A model generated the notes under the pieces. It was not told where the DNA came from. It made no database searches and saw only the letters and a program-made list of their open reading frames with translations. From Lentisphaeria bacterium UBA4640 (GTDB lineage Bacteria; Verrucomicrobiota; Lentisphaeria; Victivallales; UBA1829), in the NCBI GenBank assembly GCA_002405835.1, contig DHMO01000042.1:16036-80035 (forward strand): DNA of 64,000 nt. Reading direction: 5' to 3'. The position numbers and the translations under genes are program-made. Shown here piece by piece: positions 26,769 to 35,637 of this stretch (within the stretch, counting starts at the first letter, position 1; each line of letters begins with the position of its first letter).

Positions 26769-28313
26769 TCAGCGTTTCCAGAATGATGGCATGAAAACGA
26801 CGAGGAGTGTGTAGATTTCAAGGCGTCCGAGGATCATGGCGAAGGATAACAGCACCTTTGCGGGGGCGCTCATCCAGGCGTAGGAGCTGGCGGGACCAAC
26901 CGCGCCGAACCCGGGACCGACGTTGCTGACGCAGGTCGCCGAAGCCGTCAGCGCGGTAATGAAATCCATCTTCGAAAGAAACGGAAGAAGAAGCGCCGTC
27001 ACCGCAATGATTCCCAGATACAGAACGACAAACGCAAGAGTCTTGTTGATTGTCGCCGCCTGAATGCGTTCCCCGTTCAGACGGATGTCCGGAATCGCCC
27101 GCGGGAAAAGACACCGGCGCAGTTCGGAAAGCACATGCTTGCAGAGAAGAAGCACACGGACGCATTTCAATCCGCCCGCTGTCGATCCGGTACAGCCGCC
27201 GAGCAGAGTCAGAAGAAAGAGAATCATCAGCGCCTGAGTCGGCCACTGCAGATAATCCGCGGTAGAAAAACCTCCGGTCGAGATGATGGAGGAGACCTGG
27301 AACGCCGCGTAGCGCAGCGACGTCAGCCAGCAGTTCGGTTCGGTCGCGCCGGTCATGGACTGAATTGTTTCCGGGTAGGCAAGACGCAGAACTGCGGCGA
27401 TGATCAGACTTGAAGCGACAACCGTCGCAAGGAAAAAGCGGAATTCCGCATCCTGAAAGTAAATCAGGCGCCGTTTGGTCAGCACCGCTTTGAAGAAGAG
27501 CGTGAAGTTGCACGCACCGAGGAACAGAAACGCGATGAACGTCCACTGAATGAACGGACTCGGATACGCCGCGATGCTCGCCTGTTTGGTTGAAAATCCG
27601 CAGGTCGAAACGGTCGAGAAGGAGTGGCAGACCGCATCGAACAGCGGCATTCCGCCAAGCGTGAGACACCCCGTTTGAAGGGCGGTGAGGACAACGTAGG
27701 TTCCCCAGACCAGTTTCGCTGTTCCGGCGATGCGCGGAGTCAGCTGGTCGGAGTTCATTTTCACACCCGGAACCTCTGCGTTGTAGAGCTGAGTCGCTCC
27801 GATTCCGAGGAACGGGAGAATCACCAGTGCGAACACGACAATTCCCATGCCTCCGAGCCAGGTGATCAGACAGCGCCAGAACTGCACGCAGTGCGGCAGG
27901 CTTTCCACTCCGTCGGGGAACACGGTCCCGTCCCAGCGCGGCAGATTCGGAGCGATAATCGACGCCCCGGTCGTCGTCAATCCCGATACGGTTTCAAACA
28001 GGGCGTCGGCCGGGTACATGCGGACAACGAACAGAAACGGCAGCGAGGCGAAAATCAATGCGGCGAGCCAGCCGAACGCAACGGTTGCAAAGCCTTCGCG
28101 GATTCCGGCTTTTCCGCTGTCCGCATGGCGTTTCCGCGTCGCAAAGATTCCGGCGAGACCGATGACAACGGCGGTTGCGGCGCAGACGGCGAATCCCGCA
28201 ACGACCGGAACGGGGTCATGCATCTGCCATCCGACCGGAATGCAGACAAGCATTGCGGAGCCGATGAAGGTTGTCAGAATGGAGATCAGATAGAGAACCG
28301 TTGCGGTGTTCAT
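26769..28313 (-). CDS. trkH: Trk-type K+ uptake membrane subunit
   Basis: 514 aa and polytopic. Pore-loop-like segments include TTTGASI, STCGFST, STGGFST and SNVGPGFG. Confidence 0.9.
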   Translation of the reverse strand: MNTATVLYLISILTTFIGSAMLVCIPVGWQMHDPVPVVAGFAVCAATAVVIGLAGIFATRKRHADSGKAGIREGFATVAFGWLAALIFASLPFLFVVRMYPADALFETVSGLTTTGASIIAPNLPRWDGTVFPDGVESLPHCVQFWRCLITWLGGMGIVVFALVILPFLGIGATQLYNAEVPGVKMNSDQLTPRIAGTAKLVWGTYVVLTALQTGCLTLGGMPLFDAVCHSFSTVSTCGFSTKQASIAAYPSPFIQWTFIAFLFLGACNFTLFFKAVLTKRRLIYFQDAEFRFFLATVVASSLIIAAVLRLAYPETIQSMTGATEPNCWLTSLRYAAFQVSSIISTGGFSTADYLQWPTQALMILFLLTLLGGCTGSTAGGLKCVRVLLLCKHVLSELRRCLFPRAIPDIRLNGERIQAATINKTLAFVVLYLGIIAVTALLLPFLSKMDFITALTASATCVSNVGPGFGAVGPASSYAWMSAPAKVLLSFAMILGRLEIYTLLVVFMPSFWKR

Positions 28314-28317
28314 GGCG

Positions 28318-29679
28318 TCACTTCGGGAAAAGCGGCTCGATGTCTTTGAGCCCCTTAGGGTTGACGATCGCGACGACGACGTCGCCGGGAGTCAGCACAG
28401 TCGTTCCGGCAGGCGGAATGACGTCGGCTCCGCGGAACAGAAGCGCCAGAACCACGGTCGGCGGCAGTTTGCATTCCATGATCATTTTGCCCGCAAGCGG
28501 GGATTTTGCGGAAACAGTGAATTCCGTGAGATGCGCATGGAAGCGCTGAAGTTTCGCATCAATCCGCATGGTTCCCGTTTCCAGAATCCGCAGAATCAGA
28601 TTGACGGAAACCAGAGTCGAGCTGATTCCGCTGTCGATCATCTCCATTGTCGGGACGATGCGGATGTATTCCGGTTTGTGAGTGACGGAAATGGTTTTTT
28701 TCGCGCCGAGACGTTTTGCCATGATGCAGGCGAGAATGTTCTCTTCGTCGTCATCGGCCGCGGCGACAAAGGCATCGCAGTTCTGAATGCCGGCTTCCTC
28801 CATGACCTGTTCATCGGTCGGGTCGCCTTTGATGACAAGCATTCCCTGCGGCATGGAATCGAGCAGACGTTCCCCGCGCAGTTCGCTTTTTTCGATGAAC
28901 CTGACTTCGACGTCTCGGTCGAGAAGTTCCCGTGCGAGAATGGTTCCGGTTGCGGTTGCGCCGGAGATGATGATCCGCAGCGGCGCGGAACGGACGGCGG
29001 GCGAGGGGGATATGACCTCGACGAAATCGTCCACATCGCTCTTTTTTCCGGCGACATAAACCTTGTCTCCGGGGACGAGGACGGTGTCTCCGTGCGGAAT
29101 GAGGAACTGGCGGTCGCGGACGATCGCCGCGAAGCGGACTTTGGAGAGCGCGTCGGAAACGGGGATGTCTTTGATTCTTGCTCCGGCGAGCATGGAGCTG
29201 GGGGTGATGGAAATCACCTCCATGAGTGCATCGGGGTTGGTGAACTGGATTTTTTCAAGGCATACCGGGTTGCCGAGCGTGTCAACGATTTTGCGAACAC
29301 ACTGTTCCGGGGGGGAGAAGGCGCGCCAGATGCCGAAAAATTCGGGTGTGATTCCATCCGCGGGAGAGAAGCAGTCGAGGGAATAGAAACGGCAGACTGT
29401 TTTTTTTACGCCGAATTTTCCTGCGATTTTGCAGGCGAGAATGTTTGCCGCTTCGTCGCCGCTGACCGCAATGAGGGTGTCGCAGCTCTGGATTCCGGCC
29501 TGTTTGAGGATGGATACATCGGAGCAGGAACCTTCAATGACCATGAGGTCGAGGTTTTCTTTCAGCCGTTCAAAGTTTTCGCTGGAGGAATCGATGACGA
29601 CGACGTCGTGATTTTCCGCGCAGAGCGTGGAAGCGAGCAGCCGTCCGAGTTCTCCGGCTCCGATGATGATTGCCTTCAT
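28318..29679 (-). CDS. trkA: Trk system NAD-binding subunit with two RCK (TrkA-N/TrkA-C) repeats
   Basis: 453 aa. There are two Rossmann motifs (MKAIIIGAGELG and RIIISGATATG), each followed by a TrkA-C-like domain. Confidence 0.9.
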   Translation of the reverse strand: MKAIIIGAGELGRLLASTLCAENHDVVVIDSSSENFERLKENLDLMVIEGSCSDVSILKQAGIQSCDTLIAVSGDEAANILACKIAGKFGVKKTVCRFYSLDCFSPADGITPEFFGIWRAFSPPEQCVRKIVDTLGNPVCLEKIQFTNPDALMEVISITPSSMLAGARIKDIPVSDALSKVRFAAIVRDRQFLIPHGDTVLVPGDKVYVAGKKSDVDDFVEVISPSPAVRSAPLRIIISGATATGTILARELLDRDVEVRFIEKSELRGERLLDSMPQGMLVIKGDPTDEQVMEEAGIQNCDAFVAAADDDEENILACIMAKRLGAKKTISVTHKPEYIRIVPTMEMIDSGISSTLVSVNLILRILETGTMRIDAKLQRFHAHLTEFTVSAKSPLAGKMIMECKLPPTVVLALLFRGADVIPPAGTTVLTPGDVVVAIVNPKGLKDIEPLFPK

Positions 29680-29691
29680 GCGTGCTCCGGA

Positions 29692-29970
29692 TCAGTTCTG
29701 CGGAGGAAAATCGTATTCGCGTTCAAAGGCGGCGGCGATGATTTCGATCGCTTCGGCTTCGTTTTTCCCTGTCGCCTGAAGGGTCGCTTCGTCGCCCTGC
29801 TGGAGTCCGAGCGCGAGAAGTTCGAGAATGCTGTGCATGGAGGCGGTTCCGCTTTCCGCTCTGAGTTCAAAGCTGACGTCCGGGAATTTGTCAACTTCCG
29901 CCATGATGGCGCTTGACGGTCTGCAGTGAATTCCGGCGCGGTTCTTGATGACGACTTTTTTTGCAACCAT
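29692..29970 (-). CDS. ptsH: HPr-family phosphocarrier protein
   Basis: 92 aa. The active-site region NRAGIHCRPSS keeps the His15 and Arg17 equivalents. The Ser46-like region is ASMHSILELLALGLQQG. Confidence 0.85.
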   Translation of the reverse strand: MVAKKVVIKNRAGIHCRPSSAIMAEVDKFPDVSFELRAESGTASMHSILELLALGLQQGDEATLQATGKNEAEAIEIIAAAFEREYDFPPQN

Positions 29971-30150
29971 GATTGTTCGGTTCCTCCGGTTGTGTTGATA
30001 GTGTACGGACTTTCTTAAATATAGCTCATGAACGCCGATGTTGCAAACCCGTGAAGAGGTTTTCCGGTGTTTTTTGCAATTTGATTTGAATTCCGCAAAA
30101 AAGATGATATTTTACCAGTTGAAAATGAACTTTATTTTAAAGGAGTTTTT

Positions 30151-31482
30151 ATGGCTATTACTACGGAAGGCGAGCTGATGGACAAGATCGTTACGCTGTG
30201 CAAGCGTCGCGGTTTTGTGTTTCAGAGTTCGGAAATTTACGGCGGTTTCAACGGTTTCTGGGATTACGGTCCGTACGGAACCGCGATGAAACGCGCGATC
30301 GAACAGCTCTGGTGGAGCGAAATGGTGGAAAAACGCGATGACGTCGTCGGACTCGACTCCACGGTCATCTGTCACCCGAAAGTCTGGAAGGCTTCCGGTC
30401 ATATCGACCGTTTCGGCGACATCATGTGCGACTGCAAACACTGCAAGGCGCGTCACCGCGTCGATCAGATGCCTGACCCGAAGGTCTGCCCGAACTGCGG
30501 GTCCACCGACCTTACCCCGCCGCGCGAGTTCAACCTCATGATGAAAACTTACGTCGGACCTGTCTTTGACGATGAACACGTCGCTTACCTCCGTGCGGAA
30601 ACCTGCCAGCCGATCTTCGTGGATTTCCACCTGATCCGCATTGCGACCCGCATGCAGCTGCCGTTCGGTATTGCCCAGATCGGAAAATCCTTCCGTAACG
30701 AAATCACCCCGCGCATGTTCACCTTCCGTTCCCGTGAATTCACGCAGATGGAAATGGAATATTTCTGCCCGGACAAGGGTTCGATGGAAGTCTGGGAACA
30801 CTGGCGTGACACCCGCTACAAATACTATCGCGAGAAACTCCAGTTCCGCGAAGACGAGATTCAGTTCCATCCGCACGACAAACTTGCGCACTATGCGAAA
30901 GCTGCGGTTGATATTGAGTTCAAGTTCCCGTTCGGCTGGGGCGAACTCGAAGGCATTCATCACCGCGGAACCTGGGATATGTCCCGTCATCAGGAATATT
31001 CTTCGCAGAATCTCGAATATTTCGATCCCGCCACCGGCGAGAAGTATCTCCCGACCGTTGTCGAGACCTCTGTCGGACTCGACCGCACGTTCCTTGCTGT
31101 TCTCTCCCACGCCTACGACGAGCAGAAGGCTCCGACGAAGAAAGAGGGAATGGAAGAGGACGTCCGCATTGTTCTGCACATCCCGCCGCGCATTGCGCCG
31201 GTTCAGGTTGCCGTGATGCCGCTTTCCAAGAAGCTGAACGACAAGGCTCTTGCTCTCCGCAAGGATCTCTGGGACAGCTTCCGCACCGAGGCGGACGTTA
31301 CGGGCAACATCGGCAAGCGCTATCGCCGTCAGGACGAAATCGGCACGCCGTTCTGCGTGACCTACGACTTCGATTCCGAGAGCGACAATGCCGTCACGGT
31401 CCGCGACCGCGACACGATGGAGCAGGAGCGTGTCTCCCTTGACAATCTGAAAGCCTATCTCTCCGAGAAGATCAACGGCTGA
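30151..31482 (+). CDS. glyQS: Glycine--tRNA ligase (dimeric GlyQS type)
   Basis: 443 aa. Segments: RRGFVFQSSEIYGG..G.WDYGPYG, IGKSFRNEITPR, and a C-terminal anticodon-binding domain. Confidence 0.95.
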   Translation: MAITTEGELMDKIVTLCKRRGFVFQSSEIYGGFNGFWDYGPYGTAMKRAIEQLWWSEMVEKRDDVVGLDSTVICHPKVWKASGHIDRFGDIMCDCKHCKARHRVDQMPDPKVCPNCGSTDLTPPREFNLMMKTYVGPVFDDEHVAYLRAETCQPIFVDFHLIRIATRMQLPFGIAQIGKSFRNEITPRMFTFRSREFTQMEMEYFCPDKGSMEVWEHWRDTRYKYYREKLQFREDEIQFHPHDKLAHYAKAAVDIEFKFPFGWGELEGIHHRGTWDMSRHQEYSSQNLEYFDPATGEKYLPTVVETSVGLDRTFLAVLSHAYDEQKAPTKKEGMEEDVRIVLHIPPRIAPVQVAVMPLSKKLNDKALALRKDLWDSFRTEADVTGNIGKRYRRQDEIGTPFCVTYDFDSESDNAVTVRDRDTMEQERVSLDNLKAYLSEKING

Positions 31483-31693
31483 TGATATTTTCTCCCTCTT
31501 TTTTCGATATATAAAAATGTCGCGAAAAGAGGGAGGGAAAACTCCATAGTATGAAGAAGTTTTTTTCTTTTATCTTCTATCTTGCAAATGTGCGCAATAA
31601 TTCGGACACTACCAAAGGACACGGATCGGAAACAGGTTCTTCTGAAATACTTCAAGCAGAATAAGAGACGTTGATCTGACGGCGCATGACAGT

Positions 31694-31726
31694 AAAAAAG
31701 CGGAGGTGCTGCCTCCGCTTTTTTTT
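31694..31726. terminator. Bidirectional rho-independent terminator between glyQS and rsmG
   Basis: aaaaaa-gcggagg-tgctg-cctccgc-tttttttt: a 7-bp GC stem flanked by A- and T-tracts. Confidence 0.6.
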
Positions 31727-31744
31727 GAAAATGCCGTATGTTTT

Positions 31745-32407
31745 TTACTTTTTCCTGTGAACCGGAGGGAGGGTCATGAAAAGACGGGTGCCGGCGTTGT
31801 CGGGGAGCTCAAAGGTGTCGGTGCAGCGGAAACGGAGTGCAAGTTTCTGAAGCTCCGGCTTCTCTTTGTCGCGCTGGTCCGGAGTGCGGTAGACGTAGAG
31901 CAGCGCATCCTTGCGGAGAAGTCCGGAAACTTCCTTGATCAGTTTCATGGAATCCGAAACTGCCCGCGCGGTGACAATCTCAAAATGATGTCCGTAATCC
32001 TCCGATGATGCAAGCTCGTTCGCCCGGGCGTGGAGAGCTTCCAGATTGTCAAGTCCCATCGCTTCCGCCGCGCGATTCACAAAATCAATTTTCTTGCGGG
32101 TCGAATCGACAGAGGTAATCTGAAGATCCGGAAAAGCGGCGGCAAGAGGAAGCGAGGGAAAACCCGCGCCGCAGCCGACGTCGCAAAGATTGAATTTTCC
32201 CTTCAGATACGGGGCAATCGAAACGGAATCCGCAATGTGCTTGCTCCAGAAATCCTCCGGCGGAATACGGGTCAGATTCATGGTCTTGTTCGTTTCGTAA
32301 AGGATATCTTCAAAAATCGAACAGGCTTTCATGAAGTCGTCAAAACGGGTCTCCGGGACAAAGCGTTTCAGAAAGGCGAGGCATTCGGCGGACGGTGTGG
32401 TGCTCAT
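31745..32407 (-). CDS. rsmG: 16S rRNA (guanine527-N7)-methyltransferase
   Basis: 220 aa. Segments: NLTRI...FW.KHI.DS and the SAM motif DVGCGAGFPSLPLA. Confidence 0.9.
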   Translation of the reverse strand: MSTTPSAECLAFLKRFVPETRFDDFMKACSIFEDILYETNKTMNLTRIPPEDFWSKHIADSVSIAPYLKGKFNLCDVGCGAGFPSLPLAAAFPDLQITSVDSTRKKIDFVNRAAEAMGLDNLEALHARANELASSEDYGHHFEIVTARAVSDSMKLIKEVSGLLRKDALLYVYRTPDQRDKEKPELQKLALRFRCTDTFELPDNAGTRLFMTLPPVHRKK

Positions 32408-32973
32408 ATTTTGTCAGCTCCGGTAAGATTCAGAATAAAGGTTGCAAGTGAAACAAGTGCGAAAAGAAACAGGAAAACCGGCATTGCCGGACGGTATTTC
32501 GTCACGGAAAGGCGGATGATTTCCCGCGTGAGGTGGGGTTTGCCGGAAATGAAGATGCCGATCGTTCCGAAAATCAGACAGAACGTCGCGAAGACGGCGG
32601 AGAACATGGTCGGGCAGGCAAACGATTCTTTCAGGTAGAAGTGCGCCGTCAGGATCATGAAGCCGCCGATCGCGCGCGAAAACAGGTGGTCGAGCGCGCA
32701 ATAAGCGAGAATGATCAGCAGAATCGCAAGCGGCAGCAGATATTTATGCAGCGATTCGGGGAGAATCGGCATGGCGTTCGGGATGCACCAGAGCAGGTCG
32801 ATGATTCCGAGAATGGCGCCGGGGAGCGCAGCCCGCGGAAGTTTTTCCCGTTTCTCCAGGTTTTCTTTATTTACTTTCAGCAGCAGGATTCCTCCCGCGA
32901 TGCACAGAACGGCGCAGAGCGGAAGAAGAATCAGATACATGAGACGGGGATTGAAAAATTCAAACATGGTCAT
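32404..32973 (-). CDS. Polytopic membrane protein of unknown function (last accessory gene of the Tad-like operon)
   Basis: 189 aa with about 5-6 hydrophobic segments. It overlaps its neighbours by 4 nt on both sides. There is no GGGD(V/A)K-type prepilin-peptidase motif. Confidence 0.6.
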   Translation of the reverse strand: MTMFEFFNPRLMYLILLPLCAVLCIAGGILLLKVNKENLEKREKLPRAALPGAILGIIDLLWCIPNAMPILPESLHKYLLPLAILLIILAYCALDHLFSRAIGGFMILTAHFYLKESFACPTMFSAVFATFCLIFGTIGIFISGKPHLTREIIRLSVTKYRPAMPVFLFLFALVSLATFILNLTGADKI

Positions 32974-34292
32974 TCCTCGCGTTTCAGGGGGGCTGTGGAT
33001 TCGATGTCTTCGCGCTTGTAGGAGTAAGTCACGCCCGGTTCCGGTTCAAAAATGACGCTTTTGTTTGACTGGGAAATAAGGCGTCCGTGGATCTGTTCGC
33101 CGGATTTGAGTTTCAGCAGGGTGTTCGCAATCCACATTTTCTGGGTGTCCAGACGTTTGATTTCTCCTTTGGCAACGTTGACTTTGACAATTTTCCGGTC
33201 GGGGCGCGCATGTTTGTGCACAAGCTGAAGCGTGTGCATTCCGGGCTTCAGACCGCGGACGGAGAATACTTTGGAGTTGTCCGAATTGGCGTCGGGGATG
33301 GTTGCACCGAGTTCCTTGCCGTCGAGATAGACCGTGATTCCGGCGGGGTAGGTGGCGAAGTCGATGCCGCCGGTGTTGACCTTCATGGAGAATGTATGCG
33401 AAAGTTTTTCGCCGGCGGGGAGATCGAGCTGGACGGTTTCGGTGTCATAGCCGCTGCGGGAGGCGGTGACGGTGTACTTGCCGACCGGGAGGTTTTTGAC
33501 GGTGACGGGCGCGGTTCCGTAGTCTTTGCCGTTGATGCGGATTGAGGCGTTGACCGGCTCGGTTGTGATGGAGAGCGCGCCGGGAAGCGGATTCAGTTTT
33601 ACATTGACTGCCGTTGTTTTGTCGCGGTGGATTGTGACGGCCTGCTGGTAGGGCGTGTAGCCGCTGCTCTGGATTTTCAGCGTGTATCTGCCCTGTTCGT
33701 GCGAGCCGGAGTAGGGGGTGCGGCCGACGTCCTGTCCGTCAAGGTAGACGATTGCGGCTTTCGGGGCGGATTTGACGGAGAGTGTGCCGACGTTTGACTG
33801 AAGGACGGTTTGAACCAGGCGCGGGCGGGCGTCGGAGATTTCCCATTCGACATTCCGCTGTGCATAGCCGCTGAGCTTCAGTGTTGCGGTGTACTTCCCG
33901 ACGGGCAGATCCCGGACGCTGAACGGGGTCACACCGAGTTCTTTGCCGTCCATGATTACGGCGGCGCCCGCGGGTGTTGTCTGGAAGAGGACGGAGGCGG
34001 TCTGCTGTTTCAGCGTTTCCGTGATGTGAAGTTTCTGGCGGGGCTCCAGTCTGATGATTTTCCAGACGGTTTCATAGCCCGGTTTGGAGAGTTTGAGCAG
34101 GTGTGTTCCGGCGGGAATGCGGCAGCCGAACGGGGTTTTACCCTGCGGTTTGCCGAGAAGCACGACTTCCGCATCCTGCGGCTTCGAGTTGATGCGGAGT
34201 ATCGCGCGCGGATCTTCCTGTTTTTTTTCTCCGCATCCTGCGAGGAGCAGGGCGAGTGCGGAAACAAGGGCGAAAAGAGAATATTTTTTCAT
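32970..34292 (-). CDS. Lipoprotein with five tandem PEGA domains
   Basis: The signal peptide plus lipobox is MKKYSLFALVSALALLLAGC. There are five ~68-aa repeats of PEGA type, for example TTPAGAAVIMDGKELGVTPFSVRDLPVGKYTATLKLSGY and TEPVNASIRINGKDYGTAPVTVKNLPVGKYTVTASRSGY. Confidence 0.8.
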   Translation of the reverse strand: MKKYSLFALVSALALLLAGCGEKKQEDPRAILRINSKPQDAEVVLLGKPQGKTPFGCRIPAGTHLLKLSKPGYETVWKIIRLEPRQKLHITETLKQQTASVLFQTTPAGAAVIMDGKELGVTPFSVRDLPVGKYTATLKLSGYAQRNVEWEISDARPRLVQTVLQSNVGTLSVKSAPKAAIVYLDGQDVGRTPYSGSHEQGRYTLKIQSSGYTPYQQAVTIHRDKTTAVNVKLNPLPGALSITTEPVNASIRINGKDYGTAPVTVKNLPVGKYTVTASRSGYDTETVQLDLPAGEKLSHTFSMKVNTGGIDFATYPAGITVYLDGKELGATIPDANSDNSKVFSVRGLKPGMHTLQLVHKHARPDRKIVKVNVAKGEIKRLDTQKMWIANTLLKLKSGEQIHGRLISQSNKSVIFEPEPGVTYSYKREDIESTAPLKREE

Positions 34293-34296
34293 GAGG

Positions 34297-35637
34297 TCAC
34301 TTCCTTCTCAGCTGCCTGTCGAATTCGAGCTTGTAGGTTTTGAGTTTGGGATATGCTTTGCTGTCGGGTCCGAGCAGATCCATGGCTTTCTGACATTCGG
34401 CGGAGGCGCGGGCGTAGTCGCGCAGTTTGTAGAACTGCTGAATATTGAATTCAAGGTCGCGGCGGAGTTTTTCGAATTTCTGTTCCGCTTCAGCGAGATG
34501 TTTGCGGGCCACATCCCATTCCTGCGGTTTGGGGGAGAACTGCTCGAAGTATTCCATGGCGAGTTTGTAGCGGGAGATGGCCTGACGGAGGTTTTCCGGT
34601 TTCGCCTGATAGGATTCGTAAAGGTCCTCAGCCTTGCGGAAGGTCAGATGCGCATATTTTTGCATCTCTTCGACATTCATGGAGACGGAGATCAGACCGT
34701 TGTTGTCGGAGAAGCGGTTGATGGCGTTTTCGATGGCTTCAAAGGAGCTTTTTGCGAAATTGTTGTGAACGGTGATGGTGTTCTGTTTATTGTTCTGGAC
34801 AATGGTCAGGGTGCGGGTTTCGTCGGTATCCGTGGTGACGACATCATCAGAATCCTGCTGGAGCTTCATGAAGTCGGTGGCGAGAACGGCGTCGCGCAGC
34901 TCCTGCATTGCCTGCTCGGGAACGGCGGGAATCGTCTTCTGAAAATGGCGGTTGTATTTGAGATCGTCGAGCGTGAAATGCGCGGTGTTGTTCTCGACGG
35001 TCAGAGCAAAACGGAAGATGTTGCCCGGTTCGGTTTTCGTGCGCTGGTAGTTCAGGACGAAATCCGGTTTCTTGACAGCCGCTGCACGGGAGTTCTCCGC
35101 TTTGGGTTCGACCATGTTGAGTTTGACGAAGACTGCGAGGACGATCAGCGCGAGTGCGAAGACAAGGACCGGATAGAGAAGTTTGAATTTTTTCTGTGCC
35201 GGAGCGGCCCCCTTCTTTTCCTCCTCTTTCTTTTTGTCTTTGGAAAAGAGCGTTTCGAGGGATTTCAGGTCGACGGACGGTTTGGACGGCTGTTCCGGGG
35301 CGGGAGTTGGAGCCGGGGCGGACGCTTCGGTTTTCGAGTCGGGGGTGACGAGCCGTTCGGCGAAAATGAGCGTCTGGTCGCCGATGACAATGGTGTCGCC
35401 GTCCGCAAGAACGGTTTCGGCGGAAATCTGCTTGCCGTTGAGGCGGGTTCCGTTGGTGCTGCCGAGATCAAGGATGGACCATGCGGAGCCGTTGAAGGTT
35501 ATTTTCGCATGATAGCGCGAAACGCCGGTGACGAGAAGCTGGACGTCGTTGTCCTCTTCGCGTCCGACGGATACGCCGGGCGGTGTGAGTTCCATGCTGG
35601 TTCCCGCTCTGGGGCCGTTCAGAAAAAAGAGTTTCAT
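34297..35637 (-). CDS. FHA-domain / single-TM / periplasmic-domain protein
   Basis: 446 aa.
- The N-terminal FHA carries all hallmark residues: VGRE...VSRYHA...LGSTNGTRLNG...GDTIVIG.
- An Ala/Pro-rich linker and a Lys/Glu patch follow.
- The TM segment is LLYPVLVFALALIVLAVFV.
- A ~270-aa C-terminal domain ends in helical, TPR-like repeats. Confidence 0.8.
   Translation of the reverse strand: MKLFFLNGPRAGTSMELTPPGVSVGREEDNDVQLLVTGVSRYHAKITFNGSAWSILDLGSTNGTRLNGKQISAETVLADGDTIVIGDQTLIFAERLVTPDSKTEASAPAPTPAPEQPSKPSVDLKSLETLFSKDKKKEEEKKGAAPAQKKFKLLYPVLVFALALIVLAVFVKLNMVEPKAENSRAAAVKKPDFVLNYQRTKTEPGNIFRFALTVENNTAHFTLDDLKYNRHFQKTIPAVPEQAMQELRDAVLATDFMKLQQDSDDVVTTDTDETRTLTIVQNNKQNTITVHNNFAKSSFEAIENAINRFSDNNGLISVSMNVEEMQKYAHLTFRKAEDLYESYQAKPENLRQAISRYKLAMEYFEQFSPKPQEWDVARKHLAEAEQKFEKLRRDLEFNIQQFYKLRDYARASAECQKAMDLLGPDSKAYPKLKTYKLEFDRQLRRK

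Noticed and set aside
31455-31655. A 66-aa minus-strand ORF overlapping the glyQS 3' end.
   Set aside because: It overlaps a strongly supported gene, has no SD, and lies in AT-rich spacer where random ORFs are short-lived. The plus-strand 37-codon ORF is noted separately as low-confidence.
32404-32973. The 189-aa polytopic membrane protein as the missing prepilin peptidase (TadV/CpaA).
   Set aside because: No paired Asp motifs of the GGGD(V/A)K(L) type are present. It is kept as an unknown membrane protein.
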